Assembly (NCBI GenBank): GCA_043228905.1
Contig: JBHGNT010000016.1
Span: 16,864,001 to 16,928,000 of the forward strand
Direction: 5' to 3'
From: Azolla caroliniana
Lineage: Eukaryota; Plantae; Polypodiophyta
DNA length: 64,000 bases
Shown: piece after piece, positions 25,245-38,200 of the stretch
Numbering within the stretch: position 1 is the first letter of the stretch
How the letters are laid out: each line of letters opens with the position of its first letter
Program-made: the position numbers and the translations under genes
The notes under the pieces: model-generated
Databases searched by the model: none
What the model saw: the letters and a program-made list of their open reading frames with translations, nothing else
What the model was told of the DNA's origin: nothing

Positions 25245-28200
25245 ATGACGGCCACGTGTTTATTTTTATTATTAACGACCATAACAACATCATCCATTCC
25301 TCACTTTGCTGCTGCTGTGGAGACCTACTCCTTCCCCTCCTCCAATCTCAACGACAGCCTCTTCTCCTATGCCAATAATCTGAGCTACTTCCCAGACTGG
25401 CAGACATACTTCTCCGAAACCAAATCCACGATTCTCTCCTGCAACAACGGATCCCTTCTGCAAGCATTGAGCAGCCAGGACAGGCTCTACGGTCGATCAA
25501 CATCCGTTTACTCGGCCCATTCTTACCTCGATTACACTCTCTACTTCCAGCTCTACTTCGTCATATCTGCGGATGAGCTGTGCAGCAAGAGCAATTCCAG
25601 CACACCTTCCTACTACCTCTCCCTCGTCGCCTACAAAGCCTTCGGGAAGGCGTTTCAGGACACGAACAAAGGGAAAGTGGTGTGGACGGCCAACGTGGGC
25701 AGCCCTGTGGGCGAGAACGCCTGCCTCCACTTCTCTCCCAACGATACCAATCTCAGGCTAGTGGATTACGACAGGAACGGATCATCGGTCGTGTGGCAGA
25801 CGAATACCACCGGTTTTACCAATGCATCCCTCACCATCACGTATGAGGGAAACCTGGTCCTCTTCACTAACGCTACGCTTCCTACCGACTCTACTACACT
25901 CCAACAGCACATACTGTGGCAATCTTATGACCATCCCACCGACACGCTCATGGTGCTCCAAGCCCTTCGATCCGGGATGAGTCTCACTGCCGCCTCCACG
26001 ATAGAATCTGCCAACAAAACGGCCATCTACACGCTAGCCATCGACAAGAACGGGAGCCTAACACTCTACGCCAAGATCCAATACAAAGACTTCAATAACA
26101 ATACCTCTAATAGTGCTACAGATTACGGCGGATATGGACATCCTTATCTGGTTTGGTCTGTCAATGGTACACAAGGAATGAATCGCTCCTATGATCATGC
26201 AGCAGCAGCAGTATTGTGCTGGTGTCCAGACCACCGCAGCAGTCTCCAATTGGATATTGTTCCATCAGCAATCGACGGGTTAGTATTAAGAATGTGTAAT
26301 GAATTCCCTCCGCATTCCACATAATATGTATAGTATTTAGAAAATCTCATTGACATGAAGATTTTTTAATCAAACTCATACAGTTCCGATGTAATTTCAA
26401 ACTACAACCAAATCTCGCCAGACGAGTGCAGTAAGCGAGCCAAACAATCGACGCAGCCAATCATATTCAAGGCTGCTGGTATTCATGGTGACAGCTTCAA
26501 CATAACATTTGCCACATTCCTCAGGCTTGAGAGTGATGGAGACCTTCACGCTTACACGATCAATGATACCAGATATCCCAACAGTACTGCGGTCTGGCAA
26601 GAATTCACCAGGCTCTCCAACAGCAGTTCCATAAATCCATGCCAATTGCCTCTCTTCTGCGGATTCTATGGTGTCTGTGACACAGAGAGGCGTAATTGCA
26701 GTACGGATTGCGGTGGGTCGAATGAATTAGAGCTCCAGCAATCCAACAATAACTCCAAATTAGGCTGCAAGTTCAAGGCTGGTTATGGAGAGCCGTACCC
26801 TTCTTGTAGCGATGGATCTAATCAGCAAGGAAGTAACGCTTTTTCGAGCATACCAGGGGCCAGCTACTTCTCCAATGCTTTCCTCGCTCCCGACCACACC
26901 GGAAACATCGAAGCTCAAGAATGCTGGCAGCTCTGTAACAACAACTGTACTTGTACAGCCGCATTCTGGGAGTCAAAATCGAATGGTTCTTGTTTCCTCA
27001 TCCAGGGTCCGGTAGCTACCATCATATTCAACGCTTCTGCAACTAAGGAAGATTTCGTGGGATACTTGAAATTCTTGAAGTACCCAGTTGCCTCTTCACC
27101 CAGGACTCGTATGTACATCGCAATCGGAGTATCATTAGGTGTCTCTGTACTTTTCGCCATATTCGTGGGTGGAGGATATGTGCACAGGAGACGACGATTA
27201 CAAGCCAGACAACTGGAAGATTATGAGATCGAAAAGGAGCTCCTCGGTGACTCACTTCTGGGTTGCAAACCCCGACGATTCACGTGGAAGGAGATGCACG
27301 AATATACTTGTGGTTTCTCGGACCCCCTTGGGGGTGGTGGTTTCGGCATTGTCTTCCGAGGAGCTATGGACGATGGCACGCCCATAGCCGTAAAGCAACT
27401 CATCGATGGAGGTCAACAGGGTAATAAAGAGTTCATAGCCGAGGTCTCAATTCTGGGCCGGACTCACCACCTTCAACTTGTTCGCTTGGTTGGTTTCTGC
27501 CTGGAAGGTGCCACGCACAAGCTCCTCGTGTATGAATACATGGAAAACGGTTCTTTGGATGCTTGGATCTTCAATAAAACACCCAAATTCACTACCGAAT
27601 CCCAGGAGATTAAGGCCCATAAGCAGAGACCGATCTTGTCATGGGAGCGTAGGTTCGACATAGCCCTGGGTACCGCAAAAGGCTTGGCGTACTTGCACGA
27701 AGAATGTGAGGACAGAATCATACACATGGATCTGAAGCCCCAGAATATACTCTTAGGAGCCAATTTCTTCCCTAAGATATCGGATTTCGGGATGTCTCGG
27801 AGGGTGGTACGGGGCGAGCAGAGCGCAGTGGTGACCATGATGAGGGGAACCCCAGGGTACTTGGCGCCCGAGTGGCTAACAGAGGGGGCCATCACCGAGA
27901 AGTGTGATGTGTACAGCTACGGAATTATGTTGCTCGAGATTGTGAGCGGGAGTAGAGTGAAAGATTGGAGGGTATTGAAGAAGAGACTGGAAATGAGATT
28001 GAATCCTGGTGAGGGTGTGATGGAGCTCGTGGACGAGAGACTCATGAACTATGGCGTGAGTGCGAAGATGTACGATGAGGAGCAAGCATTGAGAATGGTG
28101 GAGGTAGCCATGTTGTGTGTGCAAACTGATCCTAAGAGCCGGCCGAGCATGAGTAGTGTGGTGCAGATGCTGGAAGGGGAAGTGGCAGCCATACCCCATG

Positions 28201-28460
28201 CTCCCATTGATGATTATCAGCAGATGGAGCTCTTTCCGAGTGAGAAGATGAGGAGGGATGGGCTAGAAGAGCTAGAGCTAGGTCATTACAAACATCAATG
28301 GTCCCTGGCTGGAGAGTCTTGGAAATACGGAAGCACCTCCACGATGATGAGCAAGTCGAGGAAATCGTTTTTTAGTGGCAAGATACCGTGTAAATATATG
28401 GAAATCTCCAGGTCTGAGGAATACATGGACTCACTCCTACATATAAAAAGAAATAAGTAG
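25245..28460 (+). CDS. G-type lectin S-receptor-like Ser/Thr kinase (SD-2-like, non-RD); exons 25245-26278 and 26384-28460, ~1036 aa
   Basis: Signal peptide; B-lectin VVWTAN..EGNLVL..LWQSYDHPTDTL; GT(TAGT)..CAG 105-bp intron restores the frame (GG|T); FLRLESDGDL, EGF CQLPLFCGFYGVC, PAN CNNNCTCTAAFW, TM, kinase GGGGFG/AVK/HMDLKPQN/DFG/GTPGYLAPE. Confidence 0.93.
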
Positions 28461-28939
28461 TAAAAATGTGATTCTCATGAACCATTCAATAAGACTAATG
28501 ATTATTTTCTCATGTGTAATAATAATTGTAAAAATCTTCTTGTTCCAATATCCATGGATTAAAAGTGCTCGTCCAGTTTGCAGAACCTAAGAAACGTTGA
28601 ATTGAATCTCCTTTATAAAAGGCATTTGCATACAAAATTATTTTGTGCCTTCCAATATAAGTGTATCTTGCACTTTGAATATCAACTTGTTTTTGCTGTC
28701 TTTGAATATAAATATGGTGTACATCTTTGAGTTTTGAATGAATATCCAACAAGCACATAGAAACGGAGACACAAACAATGAAATTCAACGAATGTTTAAA
28801 CAGCCAGAATTTGAGCAATTGTACATAACCCAAAAGTCTAATTTGATATAACTGTAGTACATCCTCAATAAGATAGGTTTTCAATATGAAGTAAGTAAGA
28901 AAGAAGAGTGCAAAAGGAAGAGGGGGTTGGTTCACCTAT

Positions 28940-29590
28940 GGAAAACAAATGTTTATATTTATGGTAGTAACAATGCCATCGTGTTGTCCACAAAGATATG
29001 ATACCTAACTTCCAACCAAGTATTATGTGACCTTGTGGTTGTCCAATTGATCTTCCACCATGGATTCAGATTTCTTGTTTATATCCTAGTGTCGTCATAA
29101 CTTAATGTTCTCCAATAATATAATGAATTTGGCAAATGGATTCATTCGACATTGACAATGTGCTATTGGTGCACCAATATTCTTTGTTTAGAAAAAAAAT
29201 TGGTTCTAGATGATTGAGACATAAATAAAGCTATAGTTCAAAATCAATATACCTTCCATCTAATGTCAACCACTTTTGAGCTAAATACTTCATGAAACTT
29301 GATCTTTGAGGTACTTATAATTCGGTTCCGATTTGTTAGAATGTAGAGTTCAAGATTATATTTCGTACTTGATATGGACATTGCAAGTCTCCAATTATGT
29401 TGTTTGGTCTCAACAATTCATTAGCAATGTTTCAACATACGGCCGATTATATTTACCATTATTCATCTAGGTGGCATCTTGATCCTTTGCTCGTCATAAG
29501 TCATTGAGTAGATCAAGATGTCATCAAGATATACTATGGTGAATAAATCAAGGAATTCACGAAAAATATCATTTGTCATGTGTTTAAACC
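28940..29590 (-). pseudogene. Old chromovirus-type gypsy RT/RH fragment
   Basis: Minus-strand translation NDIFREFLDLFTIVYLDDILIYS at ~29505-29575; heavily decayed. Confidence 0.65.
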
Positions 29591-30226
29591 GAAAACCATA
29601 ACCTGTCTTTGAAGTGGCCATATCAAGTGTGGAATGTTGTCATCCATTCATTGGCTAGATGTATTTGAACAAGGTGTAAAGAAAGGTAAGAGTGGTTGTA
29701 TGCAGCAGAAGGATTGTGTGCGTCTGTGTGTGTGAGTATGAACAAGTTGTCGGGCCTTTCGCTCCGGATCGTTTGCGTGAGTCGGGTGGGAACCGCTGGG
29801 GTTTTGGACTAGGAGAGAGAAGAATATGAGATAAGGTTAGTTATGAATAGATTACAAGAGGAAGATATGAAACTCGTGAATCCCACGAGTATAGTGTATT
29901 AATTGATACTTAGATTGTAAGAGAGAAATAGATGGCAAAAATTGTGAATCCCACGAACATTTTATATTAATCCACCCTTACAAAAAATCAACAACCCCTA
30001 TACATCGTTCTCTCTTCCTTATATAGTAATGGAAGAGTCTAAGTTTATCACATGCAAACAACATGCTTTTTCTAACTTCAGTTTTCATGCACACTACATG
30101 TGCATGATTAGCTTTCTATCACATCTTTTCTTTTAACTTGAGTGTGTATGCATGAATAACTTTTTCTATCATGCTTATCTAGAATATTTATATGGGATAA
30201 AGTTTAGTATAACTTCAAAAATTCAT

Positions 30227-30297
30227 AATATGATAGTACAATGGTAAGGCTTAAAATCGTTAACATGGAGGTACAGGGTTCAAATCTTGCCCTATGC
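30227..30297 (+). ncRNA. tRNA-like A/B-box module in 3' LTR U3 (antisense to element)
   Basis: TAGTACAATGG (30234-30244)...GGAGGTACAGGGTTCAAATCTTG. Confidence 0.5.
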
Positions 30298-33200
30298 ATT
30301 TTAACATAATTATTGTAGTATTTCTCCTATTTCCTTATATATAGTCAATCGGATACTCCACACATATTTTATGTAGTGCACAAAGTACACCATGACGCTC
30401 ACCCCCTCCGAACCTACACATCCTCCGGTATGTGCCAAAGTTTCCGATGCTTGTTTTTCGCCTTCATTCGTAGCATTCTCCGATTCTCCCCTTATGTCGA
30501 TTATCAATTGTAGTCCACTTTCTTCGCTTTCTGCATCACCATGATCTTTGTCCGATTGCTCCTCCTCGTCGGTCTTGTCTAAGCTTAAATAAGATTCGTC
30601 GTCAGTCCGCTTCTTAAAAATCTTCACCCGTTTCCCCGCTATAGGCACCCGTAGTACTGTTCTATCCAACTCGCATAGTCGGTAAGTTCCATTGTTGAAA
30701 ACATTCTAAACCTCGTATGGCCCGAACCACCTTTTAGCAAACTTCTGTATTGTTGTATGTTGATGATCCAAACTACTGTCATAAACAATCACCCAATCTC
30801 CTTCTTCAATCTTCTGTGGTCGTAGTCGATGCTTTGCGTCAAATCGACTTTTGTTCCGAAATCGCGCTTCCTGTTGTCGGTGTGTTGCTTCCACTATGTC
30901 TTCCGGTCTTCCCTCTAGTTGTCGTATCCAGACTGCTAGTAGTTCTTCCCAGCTCATTTCTTCCTTCCACGGTAGCACTGTCCATGTTGTAATTGTGGTT
31001 TTCGTCCATAGTGCATACGAAAGCATTTGCGACCAATCCTTCACCCTTCCATCGCATGCTTTTGCAAGTGCTTTGACGATTGGATTATGTCCTCGTTCGA
31101 TCTTCCCGTTGGCTTCCGGATTGTATGTCGTGATTAGTGTTAACCGTATTCCATGTCTGACGAAGAATTCCCTAGCTTTAACAGTGTCCAGTTCTCCCCG
31201 ATCCGCAATCACTTGTCCGATGCACCCGTACCTACAGAACACTTCTTCCAAGAGAAATTAGCATACTGCGGAACATGTTATCCTCCGTAATGCCCGTCCT
31301 TCTACTTCCTTTGTCAGATCTTCCCGAGCTAACACCAAGTACTTCTTTTGGCCGATCCCGGTTGGCATGGCCACAATGTCGACCATCCATTTGACGTTGA
31401 TTGTCGGTGAGAATGTCAGATGTAATTCATCATGATGTCGAACTCCGGAGTAGATTTGAAATTTCTGGCAGCTTTCCGCGAATTCCGTTACTTCTTTGTA
31501 CATATTCTTCCACCAATATTTTTATTTGATCTTCGTGAATGTTCCCCATGTTCCCCAATGTCCAGCCCAATCGGATTCGTCAAATTCAGATATTATCTGG
31601 TTTTCTGTGCTCTTTTGTTCCAACTACCCGTCGTGGTATGCCATCCGGTCTTTTCGGCTTCCTCCAGATTAATCCATTGTTCAAGAAAAACTTCTGGATG
31701 TGTCGCTTCTTACTTCGGATCTTAGGGCTCTTTTCTTTATTGTTAGATGATTCCTCGATTTCTTGTAGCACTTTCCCGATCTGCAAGCTTTCTACCTCGT
31801 ATTCTTCTTCCCGGAATTCTCGGATTACGTTTACTCGGCATGTGTGCCCCGAAGTAAAGTAGTTTTCGGAAGCTTCTTTATTATTGAATTCGGCTATGTC
31901 ATCTTCGAACCGTGCCCTTGATAGCATATCCTCTACCACGTTATCTTTTTTGGAGATGTGTTGTATCTCTGAATTAAGCGACTTTACATATGCAATCCAT
32001 CTTAGCATAGCCACATTCGGAATTGTGGAGCACCGCATCATCTCGAGTATCAGAAGACAATCCGTTTCGATCACTACTTCGGCTTCGATCAAGTAATCTC
32101 GATCTAATTTTATCGCCGACATGACTCCCCATAATTCTCTTGTGAAAAATAGCATGCGGAAGCAATAGGAAATCGAACACAGAAAATACACAGGTTTAAT
32201 GGAGAGCTTGTATATGCACAGTACACGAGAGAGACAGAGAGAAAACACACGATTCAAAACAATACTCAATCTGTACATAGGATGTGCTCAATGATCACTT
32301 TTATACAAGTCCATACGGACTGACAGAAGTACTTACACGTACTTCAATGCGCATAACTGAGCTCTACGCTAACTCCCAAAATATATTCCTACGCGGAATA
32401 TCTTTCCAACGGCCTCGTGGTTTACGCATCGCTACGGCTTCTCGTTATGCATTGGTTTGCATATTGGTTTATGCACTCGTTTTACGCACCGGTCCGTCCT
32501 AACCGATCGGCAATCGATCCGATTCTCAGCTTGCACAGCCGATCCGGCCAATGTTGAGCTTGTATCTCAACACTCCCCCTCAAGCTCAACTTGAGGTTCC
32601 ATCTGCTCTTCCGGATTTGCTCTCCGGTTCCTTCTGGCTTCATGCCTCTCTCACGCTCCTCGATCCGTTCAATTCTGCGCGCCTCGACCCTTTCGGTAGG
32701 CTTGTCTGCTCACACGGCCCTTCCTAGCTTCCTTGTTGTTGCGGTGTTGGCGCCTCTTCTGCTGCCATCTCTTCCGCTTGGCCCTTGGTTGATTGAGCGT
32801 ATCCGAATCAAACATTCGAACCGACTCGGCTTCCTCCGATCGGTTTTCGCTCTCGTTTGAGTTGGCTGTCTCCAACTTGTCCTCGGTCTTCTCGCCCTTG
32901 GTTGGCTTCAGCTCTTACTTTCGATTGCTCCCCTTATGTCCGCTTTCGGAATCTTCCGTAGGTCCACCCTCAGCTTCTTCAGTCGATCCGAAATCGAATT
33001 CGTCATCCGACTCGGCGTTGCGGTCTTCGTCTTCTGGAACTTCTCTCCCTCTTCCATGGTCATTCGGGACGTCTCTCCCCCTCAAGTTCGGCATGTCCAG
33101 GTGACGCAACCCATGCACACCTGAGAATTGCCGCAACTTGTCCAGACCAAGAGTCTTGGTGAAGATGTCGGCATTCTGCCAATCCATCGAAACATACTGA

Positions 33201-35184
33201 AGTTCGACTCCACCGGAGAGGACACGCTCACGGATGAAATGGTAGTGCACCTCAATGTGCTTAGTCCGGGCATGGAAGACCAGGTTCTTAGCTAGCTGGA
33301 TGTTGTTGAGGTTGTCGTAGTAGATTGTCGTTGGATCAGATACTTCCAATTGCAGATCCTTAAGTAGCTGCTTCAACCATATGGCTTCGCATGTCGCGAC
33401 AACCGCTCCTCTATACTCGGCTTCGGTGCTCGACAGTGCAACTATCAGCTGCTTCTTGCTAGACCACGCGATTGTGGAACTCCCGAGAGAGAACGCGAAA
33501 CCGGACGTGGATCGGTGATCGTCGGCGTTTCCGGCCCAATCAGCATCGGTGTAACCGACCAACTGCGTGGTTGTATCGGCCCGATATAGTAGCCCCCGGT
33601 CCTTAGTGCCACTGACGTATTGGAGTACGCATTGTGTGCACTGAAGGTGCTCCTCGGTTGGTCACGACATGAACGGACTAATCACCCCGACCGGGTAGCT
33701 GAGATCTGGTCGGGTGATGGTCAAGTAAATAAGGCTTCCAACTATCTGTTGGAACCTCATCGGGTCGCATACCTTTCCAGAATTAGGGCGAAGCTTGACA
33801 GTTCTATCCAGAGGAGTCGAAGACGGATTTACAGCCGGCCATCCCAAATTTGAAGAGCATATTCAACGCGTAATGACATTGGCTGATCAATATGCCTTCG
33901 GGGGTACGGATCACTTCAATCCCGAGGAAGTAATGAATGTCCCCCAGATCCTTCATGTCGAATGATGCCGCGAGCTGGAGCTTCACGCGGTCTATCTTAC
34001 CTAGGTCGGTACCGGTGATGACCAAGTCATCAACATAAAGTAAAATACTAACCGGCCCGAGTCGACCTTTCCCAATGAACAGTGAGGAGTCCGATTTTGA
34101 CGTCACAAAGCCCATCTAACACAATTGTTGCGTGATCTTCGCGTTCCAAGCACGCGGGGATTGCTTTAGTCCGTAAAGGGACTTCTTCAATCGGCACACC
34201 ACTGAAGTGTTCGTTCCGGAGTGAAATCCGGGGGGCTGTAGCATGTACACCTGTTCCTCAAGCTCACCTTGCAAGAACGCATTCCTTACATCCATTTGAT
34301 GTAAGTGCCACCCCTTTGCCGCAGCGACCGCGAGCAAAACACGGACGGTCATCATCTTTGGGATCGGCGCAAATGTCTCATCGTAGTCGATGCCGTGTTT
34401 CTGCGCGTAGCCTTTCGCTACTAACAGGGCCTTGTATCGGTTGATCGAGCCGTCAGTGTTGTACTTGACCTTGTACACCCACCTACATCCGATCGGCTTC
34501 ACACCTTTCGGTGCGTCAACCAGGTCCTAGGTTTCATTCTCCGCCAATGCGTGCATCTCTTCCTCCATTGCGGCACACCAATTCGCGTCCTTCGCCGCCT
34601 CTGCGTAGCTCTCCAGCTCACACACTTCCGCTAAACGCGTCATGTATGCATAGTGGTGCGCCATGTACTCGTTGTAACCGAACCGCACAACAAGGTTCTT
34701 CTGGCGGGTTGATCGGCGTAATTGCTCATTAGCCGATATGGAGGCTTTCATGGCCGATGCGGACTTCGTTCTCAAGGACCTGTCGTCACTTCCCTTGGAG
34801 TCGGACTCGTGTCGATCCGACTCGTTCCTATCCGTGCCGTAATCCGACACCTTCTTCTTCCCTTTTTCTTTGTGCGTAAGCCGTCTCCTCGGCTTCTTGT
34901 GTGAGGAATGCACGGCCGAGTCTCCACTACTCGCCGGCTCTCCATTAGACTGGTCGAACCGACTCAGTTGTCCATTCGGTCCCCAGAACCGAAACGAAAT
35001 CGAACTCTCTTCACGGGTCCCGATTTCAGGCTCATCCGGAGGCATCTCAGCCGCGCTGACCTCATCATCAGAACTCAGATTGGCGGTGAGGTCTGGAGTT
35101 GGAGGCAAGTACCATGACGCGGCCTCCTGAAACACAATGTCACGACTCACGCGCGCTTGTTTGGTGCGAGGGTTATAACACTTA

Positions 35185-35219
35185 TGTTAAAGATTGCTTG
35201 CAGAAGCGTTAGAAAGAAC

Positions 35220-35250
<31 letters not shown>

Positions 35251-35257
35251 TACGCGG

Positions 35258-35290
<33 letters not shown>

Positions 35291-38200
35291 AAACACACTA
35301 TTTTTCATAATTATATGAATACTCTGTGCTCTGTATCTACAACGCGCTCATCGGCGCTATTTATACAAGTCCACACGAGACTGTTAAAAGTACGGTGTAC
35401 TTCAATGCTCACTCGAGCATCTGACACTAACTACGAGACTATAACTGCCTAGTAGTCTAACCTATACTAGGCTTTCGGTTACGGATTGGATCCGGCATAC
35501 CGGCTCCCCAGCTCACCGGTCCTTACTGCTTACCGGCTTGGTTGCTCACCGGCATACCGATTCATCTCGCTTACCGGCTCAGGCTTATTCAACCGATCCG
35601 GCTCCGGTTGAGCTTGCCGCTCCACACTCCCCCTCAACCTCAACCTGAGGTAGGGTCGTAGTGTCAACCTCTGTGGCAGCCGGTTCTTCCAACCGACTTC
35701 TCCTGGCGTCGCTTCGCCTTGCTCGCGCTCCTTGTCCGATTGTCTGCTCAATAGGCCCATCTCAGCTCCTTCACTGCTATGACTCCGGCGCTTGCCGATC
35801 CATCAGTTCCTCCGCGATGGCATCGACTTCCGCTGCGTCCGTGTCTCCTTGGCCTCTTGTTGATCTGACTCATCCGGATCCGTCTGTTGATCCGAATCGG
35901 CTGTCTCCGACTCATTCTAGCTCTTGTCCGAATCGGTATCCTCCGATTCGATTTTCGGCTTCAGGCCTCTCACCACATCGGACCACGTCCGGGTCTTGGC
36001 CTTCTTCGTGCTTCCCTTGGCTTCTTCAGCCGGTTCACCGACTTGTTCGGATGTGCCGACTTCCTTCGTCGACTCGGCTTCAATTTTCTTCTTGTCTCCA
36101 CCTCTACCGGTTCTTCTCTTACCTACGGGTTCAACAGTTTTTTTGCCTTTGCCCGTTTCGGTAGTGTCTTTGCCCTTGCATCTCCCCCTCAAGTGCGGCA
36201 CGTCGAGATGCTGAACACCATGCATTTCGGTAAGGTTCTGCAACTTGTCCGACCCGAGAGGCTTGGTGAAGATGTCGGCAACTTGCCGATCCGTGTGAAC
36301 ATACTGTAGTTCAACTTCAGCGCTTAGGAGCCGCTCACGCACGAAGTGATAATGCACTTCTATGTGCTTTGTGCGAGCATGGAACACAGGGTTCTTGGCG
36401 AGCTGCATGCTGCTGAGGTTATCGCAGTGGATCAAGATCGGGGTCGGTACCTCGATCCTCAGGTCTTGCATTAGTCGCCGAAGCCAAATGGCTTCGTAGG
36501 TGGCAATGGTCACGCCCCGGTATTTAGCCTTAGTGCTGGATAGAGCCACTGTTGGCTGCTTTTTGCTGCTCCACGCAACAGCCACGCTCCCAAGAGGAAA
36601 CATAAAGCTAGAAGTTGAGCGACGATCCGTTGCATCGCCAACCCAGTCGGCATCCGTGTAGTCGACAAGCTCTTCAGTTATACCTTGCAAGTATAAGAGT
36701 CCCCGGTCCTTAGTGTCGCTTACATACCTCAGTATTCGTTGCGCGCACTGAAGGTGCTCCACGGTTGGCTTTTGCATGAATTGGCTTACAACTCTGACCA
36801 GATAGCTAATGTCGGGTCGGGTGATGGTCAAGTAGATTAGGCTTCTGACTATTTGTCGGAACCGTTTCTCATCACAGGCTGGTCCGGAGTTGGGACGGAT
36901 CTTCTGATTCTGGTCCAGGGGTGTGGAGATAGGTCGGCATTCCGTCATGTCGAACTTGTACAACATATTCAACACATAATGGCGTTAAGAAAGCAATATG
37001 CCTTCGGGGGTGCAGATCACCTCGATCCCCAAAAAATAATGAAGGTCCCCCAAGTCCTTCATATCGAATGCGTCCGACAACTAGGACTTGACGCGGTTGA
37101 TTTCCGGAAGACTTGGGCCGGTGATGACTAAATCATCAACATAGAGTAAGATACATACCAGACCGTTTGGGCCTTGACGGATGAACAGGAAGAGTCCAAC
37201 TTAGAGGCAACAAACCCCATCTTTCGCAACCGGTGCATGATCTTAGCATTCCAAGCACATGGGGCTTGCTTGAAGCCGTACAACGACTTCCTCAGCCGGC
37301 ATACCACCGACTTGTTCACCTCCGACTGAAATCTGGGGGCCTGAGTCATAAAGACTTATTCTTCAAGATCTCCTTGAAGAAAGGCATTCTTCACATCCAT
37401 CTGATGAAGATGCCACCCCCTTGCCGCAACAACCACAAGTACCACACGAACCGTCGTCATCTTCACTACAGGAGCGAAGGTCTCGTCGTAGTCGATTCCG
37501 TGGGTCTACGCATAGCCCTTCGCCACTAACTGGGCCTTGTACCGGTTAACTGTACCGTCGGCATTGTACTTTACCTTGTACACCCACTTGCATCCGATCG
37601 GTTTACAGTGACGGGGAGGGTCAACCAGGTCCCAAGTTCTATTAGCATCCAGTGCCCGCATTTCTTCCTCCATAGCGGCACGCCAATTTGCGTCCTTTGC
37701 CGCTTCTGCATAGCTCTCCGGCTCACGCACTTCCGCGACCTTGGTCATGTACGCATAATGATGTGCCATGTACTCGTTATACTCGTACCGTTTAACGGGA
37801 TCCTTCTGGTGGGTGAACCGGCGTAACTCACTCTTACCCGGTATGAGACCCTTCTTGGCCGGTTCGGTCTTCGTTCCCGAAGATCTGCCTATGTTCTTGC
37901 CGAAGTCAGATACGCACCGATCCGACTCATCATTGCCGGTCTCGAATTCCGGCATCTTCGGCTTCCCTTTCTCTTTGCGTGTGAACTGTCTCCTCGGTTC
38001 CTTGCGTGGGTAGAGCACGACAGAGTCTCCAGTACTCACCGTCTCATCATCCGACTGGTTGGACTGATCCAGTCTCTCATTTAGTCCGCTTAACCGGAAT
38101 GATTCCGGACTCTCATCTTGAGTTCCAGCTTCATCTTTCTCTACCTGGGCTGGTTCAGGCTCACTAGCCCCGTCCTCCGACATCGGGTCGGGATTGGAAG

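Noticed and set aside
26279-26645. Stop at 26324 suggesting the kinase is a split pseudogene
   Set aside because: A canonical GT-AG intron (26279-26383) removes the stop and restores the frame
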